Part shown: in pieces, positions 50,942 to 60,923 of the stretch
Layout: each line of letters begins with the position of its first letter
Position numbering within the stretch: position 1 is the first letter of the stretch
Origin: Nitrosopumilus sp.
Lineage (GTDB): Archaea; Thermoproteota; Nitrososphaeria; Nitrososphaerales; Nitrosopumilaceae
Direction: 5' to 3'
Assembly: GCA_965224195.1 (NCBI GenBank)
Contig: OZ245040.1
Span: 160,001-224,000, forward strand
DNA: 64,000 nt
Program-made: the position numbers and the translations under genes
Notes under the pieces: generated by a model
Seen by the model: only the letters and a program-made list of their open reading frames with translations
Database searches by the model: none
What the model was told of the DNA's origin: nothing

Positions 50942-51015
50942 GGGATCGTAGTCTAGCTTGGTATGATACTAGTCTGGGGGACTAGTGGTCGCAGGTTCAA
51001 ATCCTGCCGATCCCA
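50942..51015 (+). tRNA. tRNA-Pro (GGG)
   Basis: Acceptor GGGATCG/CGATCCC, anticodon arm CTAGT-CTGGGGG-ACTAG, T arm GCAGG-TTCAAAT-CCTGC; no encoded CCA, no intron. Confidence 0.95.
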
Positions 51016-51777
51016 TTATAATTTTAGAATTTTAAGTAACTTTTCAAAATTCTCTCTTGATTTTTCTTGTTTGTATGATTTTAGTGTCTCAATAATTTTT
51101 TCTTTGGATGAATTTTTGTAAATTTTTTGAGCTGTTTTGGAAATTCCGGATCCAATGAAAAAGGCTTGAGTAATTGATGTAACATTAGAGGGTCTTCTCT
51201 TCGTACTTGAACTTTCAAAATCAATTAACGAAGATTTTGTTTTCCCTACAATAACATGTTTTGAAATATTACTTAATTCACCATGATCAAATCCTATTTG
51301 GTCTAATCTATAACAATCTTCTAATACACTTTTTATTGTTGATTTTAATTTTTTTGCACTTCCAACTCCTTTCAACATCTCAATCCAATTACTAAATTTT
51401 TCTCCTTCAAGATATTCCATAACTAAGAAATTTTTACTAACATCAATCTTTTTTGGACCAACTTTAACTGAATTAACTAATTTTAACAACACTGCTTCAT
51501 TTTTCATATTTTTTCTTGGAGAATCAGTTCTTCTAATTTTTAAGGCGACTTCTTTGTTACCTTTCTTTGCAATTACTACAACACCAACGTACCCTTTTCC
51601 TAAAATTGCCAAATTTTCAAGTGTAGTAGGACCGGTTAAAGAAATTGATTTAATTTTTAATTTTTCTAATTCATTTATTCTTGATTTAATTTGACGACTA
51701 GTTGCATTTGGATATCCTATAATGTTTGAATATGGTTTTTTTAAAAATTTTTTAATTAAAATGAAGGAGTGTGCCAT
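51016..51777 (-). CDS. RIO/Bud32-like Ser/Thr protein kinase
   Basis: LGKGYVGVV, VALKIRR, MEYL, HGELSN, LIDFES. Confidence 0.85.
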   Translation of the reverse strand: MAHSFILIKKFLKKPYSNIIGYPNATSRQIKSRINELEKLKIKSISLTGPTTLENLAILGKGYVGVVVIAKKGNKEVALKIRRTDSPRKNMKNEAVLLKLVNSVKVGPKKIDVSKNFLVMEYLEGEKFSNWIEMLKGVGSAKKLKSTIKSVLEDCYRLDQIGFDHGELSNISKHVIVGKTKSSLIDFESSSTKRRPSNVTSITQAFFIGSGISKTAQKIYKNSSKEKIIETLKSYKQEKSRENFEKLLKILKL

Positions 51778-53083
51778 CTACTGAAATTAATTCAGATGCT
51801 TCTTCTTTAATTGATTTGCTTAGATTTTTATTTCCTACAGATATCTTGAAACCTCGTTTAAAATCACTTTGAAGACCTTTTGGTATGCCTACCTGAAAAT
51901 TTTTCTTTAAAAATTCTTTCATAAAGTTCACTGCATCAGTGTGATTTCTTTTTTCTAAGGAAATTATTTTTCTGTTATTTCCTACCCATACCAATTCTGC
52001 ATTTTTGAGATTTTTAGCAATGAATCTATGGGTACTATCTTCTCTAAAAAATTCAGGTCCACTTTTGGAATAAATTTCATTGATTTTGGTAGACTCTAAA
52101 AAGAACAAAAGATAGGCTTCTTTTTGTTGATCTATGTGAGATTTACTTCTCAGTACTGTAAATCCTCCTAATTCTAGTTGTGTGGACAATGTTGAAGTTG
52201 CTCTTTTAATTTGCCCCCAGATAATATCTGGACTCCTAGCTTTGAAATCAAATTTTACAATCAATAAATTATTCCAAAATTTATTTGAGATTCTTGATTT
52301 TTTAATCTTGAAAAATCCTAAACCTGGTTTTTCTTTAAACGCTCTTGAAATAAGAATAAATTTTCCAATATTTTCATCAGAAATAGCAGCAGTTAGATTT
52401 CGATTACTGTCTATGGGATCAATTACTACAATTGATGTATCAAATTTTTTACTTGTTTTTCCAATGATTTGATTTTCATTAATTTTTGAAATTGATTTTA
52501 TTAGATTTTCAAAACTCCCAAATTCTAAAATCAAAACTTCTGAAATATATCCACTGAATCCTTGTTTTGCTATTTCTGCACCATAAATTCCATTTGACTT
52601 TAGAAATATCTTCAAAACTCGTACCTCGTTTCTCATTTTTGGTGTTAATGATTTTTTCATAAATTTTGTATGAAACGGTGATCTATCTGCAGCACTTTTC
52701 CATTCTCCAATTTTTACATCATAACATGGCACAACATTGATCTTGGTATTCTTAATTTTAGCCTCAACGTATGGATGTTGAGAATATCTAACATAAGGAG
52801 AATATTTTTTTAATGAATCAAATCCAATTTTTTTAGAAATTTTCTCAAATTTTTCTTCAGATACATTTTTTTTAAATTTAATGAAAATATCCACATCCGC
52901 ATCTTTAGTTAGCCAAGTTCCTTTTGCAAATGATCCACCAAATTCTAATCCTACCACTTCTGAATATTTTTCAGTTTCTTTTTCAACTAAGATAAAAGCT
53001 ATATCTGCAATTTGCTTCTTTGATTTTTCTATTATTTTCGAAGGTATTACAGTTTTAGAAACTTTAGAAATTATTGGTCTCAT
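51752..53083 (-). CDS. cca: CCA-adding enzyme (class I)
   Basis: GGSFAKGTWL..DADVDIF, HPYV, SAADRSPFH, GFSGY; likely start MRPII at 53083. Confidence 0.93.
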   Translation of the reverse strand: MRPIISKVSKTVIPSKIIEKSKKQIADIAFILVEKETEKYSEVVGLEFGGSFAKGTWLTKDADVDIFIKFKKNVSEEKFEKISKKIGFDSLKKYSPYVRYSQHPYVEAKIKNTKINVVPCYDVKIGEWKSAADRSPFHTKFMKKSLTPKMRNEVRVLKIFLKSNGIYGAEIAKQGFSGYISEVLILEFGSFENLIKSISKINENQIIGKTSKKFDTSIVVIDPIDSNRNLTAAISDENIGKFILISRAFKEKPGLGFFKIKKSRISNKFWNNLLIVKFDFKARSPDIIWGQIKRATSTLSTQLELGGFTVLRSKSHIDQQKEAYLLFFLESTKINEIYSKSGPEFFREDSTHRFIAKNLKNAELVWVGNNRKIISLEKRNHTDAVNFMKEFLKKNFQVGIPKGLQSDFKRGFKISVGNKNLSKSIKEEASELISVDGTLLHFN

Positions 53084-53626
53084 TTTTTTTGCATTAATCT
53101 CCACTAAATCTGAATAAATTGGTCCACTTGTAGTAAGCACACTTTTTTTCAATTTAATATTTGACACCTTTTACACTCCAAAACTTGTCATTTTATGGTT
53201 TTTCAATTCTCCTGATATATCTCCAATCTTCTTTTTAATTCTAAATACTGTGATATGAGGTTTGAATGGTTTATCTGAAAAAAATCCTAGTGGTTCTAAC
53301 ACTTTTTCTACTTTTTTGGATAATTGAATTAACATATTTCCGCCATTTTCATTTGTTCCAATCCAAACTACTCTTGGAAATTTAGGTTTAGGAAAGGCTC
53401 CAATTTCTTTTAGATTAACATCAAAACTTGAAAATTTGATTGTTTTAAGAGATTGAATAATTTTTTGAGTGATTTCTTCTGAAATTTCTCCTAAAAATTG
53501 TAAAGTAAAATGCAGATTTGATAATTCTACAGGTTTAGCATCAATATTGATTTCTTCTTGAAATTCCTTAACTGAATTTATTATATTATTATTTGTAATT
53601 TCAATAGCTACAAAAACACGCATCAT
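53084..53626 (-). pseudogene. thpR: RNA 2',3'-cyclic phosphodiesterase (2'-5' RNA ligase family) with premature stop
   Basis: HFTL and HITV 2H motifs; TAA at 53171-53173; the C-terminal KKSVLT.SGPIYSDL continues in frame after the stop. Confidence 0.82.
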
Positions 53627-53692
53627 AATATTTTTTGAAGTATGTTTATAATTATTTCCGGTAGCTTCATAGACGAGCCTTTTTTTTGATAT

Positions 53693-54244
53693 ATGTTGAC
53701 AAAACTAATTGTATGTTTAACAGGAATGCCAGGAGCAGGCAAGTCTACTATTGCAGAAGGATTACAATCCAAAGGATATGAAATTATCAATATGGGAAAT
53801 ACTGTAAGAGAAGAAGCTAAAAGAAGAAATTTAGAATCTACTAGAGAAAATTTAGGAAAATTAATGCTTGAGTTAAGAGAGAAAAATGGTCCTGGTGCTA
53901 TAGCTGAATTAGTTAAACCACAAATAGAAACTTCAACTTCAAATATAATTTTAATAGATGGAGTTAGATCCAATGATGAAATTCAAGTATTAAAAAAATA
54001 TGGTACAGTAAAATTATTAGCTGTTCATGCTTCTACTGATACTAGATTTGATTTCCTACAAAAAAGGGGAAGATTAGATGATCCTCAAACAAAACAACAT
54101 TTTGAAGAAAGAGATAATCGTGAATTAGGAGTTGGTGTAAGTAATTCTATTGCACTTTCTGATAATGCAATATCTAATGTAGGTAAAACAAAAGAAGAAT
54201 TAATTGAACAAACTTTTAAAATAATTCAAAAATGGTTAGAATGA
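53693..54244 (+). CDS. Archaeal P-loop kinase (dephospho-CoA kinase-like, UPF0200)
   Basis: GMPGAGKS, IDGVRS, RGRLDD, RDNRELG. Confidence 0.8.
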   Translation: MLTKLIVCLTGMPGAGKSTIAEGLQSKGYEIINMGNTVREEAKRRNLESTRENLGKLMLELREKNGPGAIAELVKPQIETSTSNIILIDGVRSNDEIQVLKKYGTVKLLAVHASTDTRFDFLQKRGRLDDPQTKQHFEERDNRELGVGVSNSIALSDNAISNVGKTKEELIEQTFKIIQKWLE

Positions 54245-54639
54245 AAATTCCAAACATTAATTGTAAAATTGAAATGGTTTGTCCAGTAAACTTATCCGAA
54301 GATCCTGATAAAGTTATACAAGCAATTTCTAATATTTTTCCACACTCAGATATTAAGAATGAAAATTTTTCAATTAAAGCACAATCAAATGAATTAAAAT
54401 CTTTGGAAAAAATTTATGAATCAATTGTATCCACACAATCTCAAAAAAGTTATACACGTAATTTAGAAAATAATTTAGAAGAAAATAGTACTTGGTTTTT
54501 TCTAAATAAACAAGCAGCTTTTGTAGATCAAGTTGCAATATGTGATGAAGCAGAAGAATCCCCTCTTGGGCCAATTAAGGTAATCATGAATTCATCAAAC
54601 ATTGATAGAATAATTGATTGGATTTCCTACAAAAATTGA
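54241..54639 (+). CDS. UPF0201/DUF54 RNA-binding-domain protein
   Basis: SEDPDKV..AI.NIFP, LNKQAA, SPLGPI. Confidence 0.82.
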   Translation: MKIPNINCKIEMVCPVNLSEDPDKVIQAISNIFPHSDIKNENFSIKAQSNELKSLEKIYESIVSTQSQKSYTRNLENNLEENSTWFFLNKQAAFVDQVAICDEAEESPLGPIKVIMNSSNIDRIIDWISYKN

Positions 54640-54723
54640 TGATAATTAGCTAAGAAAATTCACTCATTTTTGACTATTTTTTTCAGTTTGAATCTAAAAT
54701 CTATTTTTTTGAATTACTCTTTA

Positions 54724-55566
54724 ATGTTCATTAAATTAGGCATAATTGCAGGTATTGTAATCTTGGGAGGGATGATATTTTCAAATGAAATTGATAACTT
54801 GTTTCCTACAACTTCAGCTACTGTGCTTGATTCTCTAAAAAACGATGTAAGCATTTTCGGTTCAAAGGCTTCTGATTCAGTTGAACAAAGGATTGATTCA
54901 TCAATAGATAAGATTGTAGATAAAACAAGCGAATCAATATCTAATGAAATAAATGACGCTGGAGATAAAATATCAGATGAAATCTCTGAAGTAAAAGAGT
55001 CATCTCAAAAAACAATCGAAGAAGAAATCTCAAATTTTAATCCAATAGAATCAATCCAAAATATTTTCACTGGTAATTCAAATTCTGGTTTAACTAGTCA
55101 ATCATCAACTAGTCAATCATCAACTAGTCAATCATCAACTAGTCAATCATCAACTAGTCAATCATCAACTAGTCAATCATCAACTAGTCAATCATCAACT
55201 AGTCAATCATCAACTAGTCAATCATCAACTAACAATATTTTATCTCAAAATACTATTTCAATAATACCTGAAACTCTTTCTTTATCTACCAAACAACAAT
55301 CAGATGATAATATTTTACTTCAATATGTTGATACAAGTGGAAAAACAAAAAGTGTTAATGTAATTATTAGAACTACTGATAAAGAAATTTTTTCTGGTAC
55401 ATACTTTGCTTCAAAGTTTGATACAAATGTAAATGATGCAACAGGAATTCCATATTATATAGATATGATTGTAGAACATGAAGATTATGGAACAGTTACT
55501 TCATCAGTTTACAATCCAGGAGATTCTTCTGATACCAAAATTAACGGTATCTTTTCTCAACCATAG
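54724..55566 (+). CDS. Membrane-anchored protein with Ser/Thr/Gln tandem-repeat linker
   Basis: N-terminal TM, helical region, (SQSST)9, C-terminal beta domain; likely start MFIKL. Confidence 0.8.
   Translation: MFIKLGIIAGIVILGGMIFSNEIDNLFPTTSATVLDSLKNDVSIFGSKASDSVEQRIDSSIDKIVDKTSESISNEINDAGDKISDEISEVKESSQKTIEEEISNFNPIESIQNIFTGNSNSGLTSQSSTSQSSTSQSSTSQSSTSQSSTSQSSTSQSSTSQSSTSQSSTNNILSQNTISIIPETLSLSTKQQSDDNILLQYVDTSGKTKSVNVIIRTTDKEIFSGTYFASKFDTNVNDATGIPYYIDMIVEHEDYGTVTSSVYNPGDSSDTKINGIFSQP
55093..55230. repeat. 15-bp VNTR actagtcaatcatca x9.2
   Basis: Nine identical units plus ACT. Confidence 0.95.
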
Positions 55567-55567
55567 T

Positions 55568-56287
55568 TTATTTTTTAAATAATGAAATTAATTTTGGTAA
55601 CGTTTCTACACTTGTATTTCTAATAATTTCATCCATTTCTCCTGACAACTCTGTATTTTCTGGATTAATTTCTATTAATGTTGCATTATTTTGTTTTGCA
55701 TATAGTGGAAGTGTATTTGCTGAAGATACTACAAGTGATGTTCCCACTATGACCATTAAATCACATTGACTTGCAAATTCAATAGCATTTTGCCATACAT
55801 CTTGTGGTAGTGATTCTTCAAACCATACTACATCTGGTCTTAGTATATTTCCACATTTACAAAGTGGTGGAAAATCAGAAATTTCAGTTAAAATTTCTTC
55901 ATTATAATCACAAACAGAGCATTTGATTTTTACAATACTTCCGTGCAATTCTAAAACATTCGAACTTCCAGCTTTCTTGTGTAATCCATCTATATTTTGT
56001 GTTAGAATCGTAACTTGAGCATGTTTTTCGAGTTCTGCAATTGCCTTATGGCCTGGATTTGGCTGTGCCTGAAAAATATTGCTTCTTCTCTCATTATACC
56101 ACTCCCACACCAGTTTAGGATTCTCATAAAATGCATCAATAGTAGCAAGTTTCATTGGATCATAATTTCGCCATAATCTATCATTTCCTCTGAATGTGGG
56201 AATTCCACTTTCTTGTGAAATTCCAGCTCCTGTTACAAAAACAATTTTTTTATAATTTTTAATTTGATTACTAATTGATTCAAACAT
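55568..56287 (-). CDS. cobB: Sir2-family NAD-dependent deacylase
   Basis: GAGISQESGIPTFRG, TQNIDGLH, HGS, RPDVVWF, GTS. Confidence 0.92.
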   Translation of the reverse strand: MFESISNQIKNYKKIVFVTGAGISQESGIPTFRGNDRLWRNYDPMKLATIDAFYENPKLVWEWYNERRSNIFQAQPNPGHKAIAELEKHAQVTILTQNIDGLHKKAGSSNVLELHGSIVKIKCSVCDYNEEILTEISDFPPLCKCGNILRPDVVWFEESLPQDVWQNAIEFASQCDLMVIVGTSLVVSSANTLPLYAKQNNATLIEINPENTELSGEMDEIIRNTSVETLPKLISLFKK

Positions 56288-56288
56288 T

Positions 56289-57188
56289 TTATTTAATTTC
56301 TATCTTTAAAAGATCTTTTGCAGTAATTACTAAATCATGAATTTCTTTAGCTTCTTTCAAATGTCCTTCTTCATCTTTGTATCTAGCTGAAAAATGTGTT
56401 AAAACTAAATTTTTTACTCTAGCATTTTTTCCTAATGTTGCTGCTTGTTTTGCAGTAGAATGACATGTATCTTGTGCTCTATCTTTTTCTTCTTCTAAAA
56501 ATGTTGAATCAAATACTAGATAATCACAATTCTCAAAAAATTTTTCTAATTCTATAGTTGGCATTGTATCTCCAGAAATTCCAATTTTTTTACCTGGACG
56601 TTTTTCTCCTAATACTTGATTTGGCTTTATTATCTTATTATTAATTGTGATATTCTGACCTTTTTGTAAATCACTCCACAGTTTTCCTTCAGGAATTCCT
56701 AATTGATTGGCTTTATCTAGATTAAATCGTCCAGGTTTATCTTTTTCTTCAAACAAATATGAGAAAGCAACTACTGAATGATTTGCTTTACATACGTAAA
56801 TAGAAAATTTTTCATTCTCAAACACTTTTCCTTCTTTGATTGTAGTAATTAAAACAGGGAATGATAATCTAAAATTTAACACTTTGATATTTGCTGCAAT
56901 GAATTCTTCAATCCCATTTGGTCCAAAAATTTCTAATGTTTCAGTTCTATTTTGCATTGACATAGTTTGTAACAATCCTAAAATTCCTACACAATGATCT
57001 CCATGCATATGTGTAACAAACAATTTCATTTTTTTATTCCAACCCAAACCTGATTTCATAAATGATATTTGAGTAGCTTCTCCGGCATCAAACATTAAAA
57101 TCTCACCATCTCTTTCTAAACAAATGCATGATAATCCTCTATTTTCAGTGGGTTGGGCAGCAGAAGTACCTAGGAATACAAGTTTCAT
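56289..57188 (-). CDS. rnz: Ribonuclease Z
   Basis: LGTSAAQP, THMHGDH, exosite GIPEG, SGDT, HST, THFSARY. Confidence 0.94.
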   Translation of the reverse strand: MKLVFLGTSAAQPTENRGLSCICLERDGEILMFDAGEATQISFMKSGLGWNKKMKLFVTHMHGDHCVGILGLLQTMSMQNRTETLEIFGPNGIEEFIAANIKVLNFRLSFPVLITTIKEGKVFENEKFSIYVCKANHSVVAFSYLFEEKDKPGRFNLDKANQLGIPEGKLWSDLQKGQNITINNKIIKPNQVLGEKRPGKKIGISGDTMPTIELEKFFENCDYLVFDSTFLEEEKDRAQDTCHSTAKQAATLGKNARVKNLVLTHFSARYKDEEGHLKEAKEIHDLVITAKDLLKIEIK

Positions 57189-58130
57189 TTTATCAGAATT
57201 GTTCTTGTCAAGCTTTTATGCTTATAGATATGATATTTTTTTAATCCACTTAATTTTGAGTTAAAATCCATTTCTTTTTTGTACATAATCGCAACTCTTT
57301 TTCGTTTAGGAAGCATTGAGAAAAATTTCTTCAATATTTCTTGAGGTTTTTCTGATGTTTTTGAGGCTGTTTCATATGGTAAATCAGTTACAATTCCATC
57401 AAATTTATCAGATATTTTTGATAATTCATGAAATTCTGAGTTCAAAATTTTTGAATGATAATTGTTCACTTTGAGATTTTTTTAGCAATTTCACACATTT
57501 TTCATCAAAATCCAATCCAATTCCATGAATTCCTATAGATTCTGCCTCAAGCAGCGTAGTACCTGTTCCACAAAATGGATCACAAATGGTCTCCCCTTTT
57601 TTCATTCCAATTAGATTAATCATTACTCTGGTTAGTTTCCAATCTAATCCATGAGGGTATTTCTTGATCTTTTTTGGCCTTATCTGTTCTTTGGATCGTT
57701 TTGAAAACCCAAAAAAGTTTTCATTATTTGTAAAAATCAGATATACTGTAATATCTGGATTTTCTAAATCCACTTTTGCATGAGAAAATTTTGATATCAT
57801 GTCTCCCATAGAACTCTCTAATTCTGGAATGTTGAATTGATTCGATGATAAATTAATCACTCTGCAAACAAAACTTTTTGCATTTTTTAAAACTCCAATA
57901 TTCTCTTCATCTAAAAATAATCCTGACATTTTTCGTAAAATTTGCCCTGAAGTTTTTACAAATGTAGCACGTTTTGCTATTTCATTTACATTTGTTTTAG
58001 ATTGAACAATTACTAAATTAGAAATTATTTTTATTTTAGAAAATCTATCATATATTTTTGCTATTACTGTAATTTCATCTGTTGCAAGTTCTAGATAATC
58101 TTTAGATAAAACAAAAAAACTTTCTGGCAT
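57185..58130 (-). pseudogene. THUMP-domain tRNA (guanine-N2) methyltransferase, Trm11/TrmG10-like, frameshifted
   Basis: THUMP region plus DPFCGTGT; adding one A to each of two A-runs near 57477-57502 restores EKMCEIAKKNLKVNNY and joins the TDLPY half. Confidence 0.8.
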
Positions 58131-58132
58131 AA

Positions 58133-59011
58133 TTAAATTGCCTTTGCAATAATATTAGAAATATCTACAATGGATGTTTTACCTGGAATTGTATTTGCAC
58201 CAATAATTTTTGTGACACCAGCTTTTTTGATTTCTCTCTCAGCATCATTCATTAAAAGTGCATGAGTACATGCAACATACACTTTTTTACATTTTTGTTT
58301 TTTAAGAAATTGTGTAGCTTTCACAATACTTTCTCCGGTACTAATCATATCATCAACTAATATCAAATCTCTATTTGCAACTTCGTCTAGATTTTTTGTT
58401 TTAATCTGAATCTTACCTGTTTTTCTATCTCTTTTTTTCTCTAAAGCAATGTATTCTGAGCCTAATTCTTTTGCAAATTCTTTTGCTCTTTCTTTTCCTC
58501 CTTGGTCTGGTGATATAACAAGTGGATTTTTCAGGCTCAATTTCTTGAAATATTGTACAAGTTCGGGAATTGCAGAAACATTCTTTGTTTTAATGGAAAA
58601 ATGTTTGAATCCAATTAAACTGTGAATATCAACTGCTATAACTTTTGATGCGCCAGCTCCTTTGAACAGCTTACCAAGAACTTTCATCGTCACAATTTCT
58701 CCTGGTAAAAATTCTCTATCTTGTCTTGCATATCCCATATATGGAATTACAGCAATTACTTCTGATGATGTTTCTTTAGCTTTTGAAATAAGTGATAATG
58801 CTTGAATTAGATTTGTATCAACTGGAGGGTAAATTGATTGTACAACAATAGATTTTTTTTTAGATATTTTTCCACTTAGTGTTATCTTACTTTCGCCGTC
58901 AGCAAAAACTTTAACTTGTGATTTTACAAAATTTGCCTTTATTTTTTTAGATAATTTTTTGGCTAAATCCTCAGAAGATTTTCCTGCAATTACTGATAAT
59001 TTACTCAACAA
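58133..59011 (-). CDS. prs: Ribose-phosphate pyrophosphokinase
   Basis: FADGE, PYMGYARQDR, DIHS, SPDQG, LVDDMISTG, ACTH. Confidence 0.94.
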   Translation of the reverse strand: MLSKLSVIAGKSSEDLAKKLSKKIKANFVKSQVKVFADGESKITLSGKISKKKSIVVQSIYPPVDTNLIQALSLISKAKETSSEVIAVIPYMGYARQDREFLPGEIVTMKVLGKLFKGAGASKVIAVDIHSLIGFKHFSIKTKNVSAIPELVQYFKKLSLKNPLVISPDQGGKERAKEFAKELGSEYIALEKKRDRKTGKIQIKTKNLDEVANRDLILVDDMISTGESIVKATQFLKKQKCKKVYVACTHALLMNDAEREIKKAGVTKIIGANTIPGKTSIVDISNIIAKAI

Positions 59012-59050
59012 GAAAACATGATTTAATGCGATTCTTAAGTTTTAAGAAGA

Positions 59051-60793
59051 TTATTCTTCTTCGCCACTACCGCGACCAATATCCCCAATACCATATTTGT
59101 CAATAGCCTCATTTCTCTTATCTTCTAGCTTATCGATCTTTTCTTGTTCGCGTTTTTCATCTCCTTGGTATACTGTTCTAATTGGCCATGGAATTCTAAT
59201 ATCATATTTCTTAAATTCTTCGTACATGATCATCCTCATATCTGTTTTAGTTTTGAATTGTGCACCATAATTTCTGACATATACTAATAATATAAAATCT
59301 AATGCAGAATCATTAAAATTATTAAACCTTACAATTGGTTGATTAATATCAACATGAATATCTTTATCACAACCACAACTTGGTTGGTTATTTTTTAGGT
59401 ATGGACATCGAATTTGTCTAATTAGATGTCCACCCTTACCATCAACGACTTCATTCATTGCACGTTTCCCAATTTTTATAAGAATAGCTGAAACTTGTTT
59501 AGGATCATTAAGATATGAAACACCTACCTCAACAATAGCAGGTACCATCTTTATTCCCTGTGTGTAGTTGATTACCTGTGCACTGACTAATTGTCTTGTT
59601 GGAATTATTGCAATTGATTCGTTTAATGCATCTCGAATATAGGTAACTCTAGGCGTAATTTTGTGTACATATCCATTATAACCTGTATCAAGTTTTACAC
59701 GTTCACCTTCGACAAATATCTTATCTTTTCGAATCATAATATATGCAAAATAATTCTGCATAGTCTCTTGTAATGCCAATCCTATCCCAATTGCCATTCC
59801 TCCTGTAGCTGTAGCAAGTACAATCAAGTCTACTCCCCACCATGCAACAACTCCTAAAATTGTCGCAATAAAAATTCCTATTGGAAGAATTTGTTTTGCA
59901 GACTTAGGAATTCCCTCTTTTTTCTTTTTTGCATATCCTGCAGGACGAGAACTTGGAATTAGTGGTTCAAAGCTATTTGATCTTTTTTCCTCTCTCCATA
60001 CATCAATTGGAAATATTTCATCAGGTTTTGCACCTGGTTTTAACTTTCTACCCGATTGATTATTACCGGTAACACAGTTTTGATAATATTTGTCATATTT
60101 TGTACGTTCTGACTGTTTCCACTCTTCAAATGGTTTATCAACTAATTTTTCATATCCACCAATTGGATTTCCTTTTGTTGTACGAAATTGCTCCAATTGT
60201 AACATTCCTTCTTTTCTTTTGAGCATCTCTTTGAATTTTTCTTCATCTATCTCTTCTGGAGTGACTTTTGGTGGAACCCACTTGTACAATTTAGGGAATA
60301 GGTTATCTTTATCATCAACAAATCCTCTCATTTCAAACCAAGCATCAAAATCCTCTTTTTCTTGTTCACGTTTCTCACGTTTGGTAAGAGAAATTGGAAT
60401 AAGATGAGAAATCGTGTAACCAATTACCAAAATGTTGAAAGTATTGAGAATCTTTGCAAATACTTCTTGAGGAGATATCTCTTCATCTCCAACTATCGTC
60501 AAGTCTTCTCCTACCAAAATTCCATTTTGTATGTAAATATTGATTATCGTAATAAACACAATTGCAAAAACTGGAAGAACTGCTCTTCGTAGAAATCTTG
60601 AGGCATGTGGTCTTTGATAATAGAATTTCTTTGAACCTACCCAAGATGAAAATTTCTTATAACCAACAGTTATTCCAATCATCCCTACAATCATTATCAA
60701 AAATGTAATTTGAAGTGATTCAGATGATGCTAAAAGCTGTGAAACGGTTTCAAATTCCCCTGCAGAAATTTGTGATATCTCTTCCTCAGCCAT
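59051..60793 (-). CDS. mscS: Mechanosensitive channel, MscS family, with large inserted soluble domain
   Basis: AIGIGLALQETMQNY, GERV, IIPT, VGVSY, IRIPWP. Confidence 0.88.
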   Translation of the reverse strand: MAEEEISQISAGEFETVSQLLASSESLQITFLIMIVGMIGITVGYKKFSSWVGSKKFYYQRPHASRFLRRAVLPVFAIVFITIINIYIQNGILVGEDLTIVGDEEISPQEVFAKILNTFNILVIGYTISHLIPISLTKREKREQEKEDFDAWFEMRGFVDDKDNLFPKLYKWVPPKVTPEEIDEEKFKEMLKRKEGMLQLEQFRTTKGNPIGGYEKLVDKPFEEWKQSERTKYDKYYQNCVTGNNQSGRKLKPGAKPDEIFPIDVWREEKRSNSFEPLIPSSRPAGYAKKKKEGIPKSAKQILPIGIFIATILGVVAWWGVDLIVLATATGGMAIGIGLALQETMQNYFAYIMIRKDKIFVEGERVKLDTGYNGYVHKITPRVTYIRDALNESIAIIPTRQLVSAQVINYTQGIKMVPAIVEVGVSYLNDPKQVSAILIKIGKRAMNEVVDGKGGHLIRQIRCPYLKNNQPSCGCDKDIHVDINQPIVRFNNFNDSALDFILLVYVRNYGAQFKTKTDMRMIMYEEFKKYDIRIPWPIRTVYQGDEKREQEKIDKLEDKRNEAIDKYGIGDIGRGSGEEE

Positions 60794-60923
60794 ATTTAAC
60801 CACCATTCTAATCAAATTCATGTCCTAGAATACAAACGTTAAGACATATTATTATTAAATTCGAAAAATATTATGCGTAACTAGTATGCAACCTTTAACA
60901 AGGGTTTTCACATTATTTACAAA

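Noticed and set aside
50942-51015. tRNA-Pro as integration site for the integrase at 19974
   Set aside because: No duplicated tRNA 3' end found elsewhere in the window and the flanks are housekeeping genes
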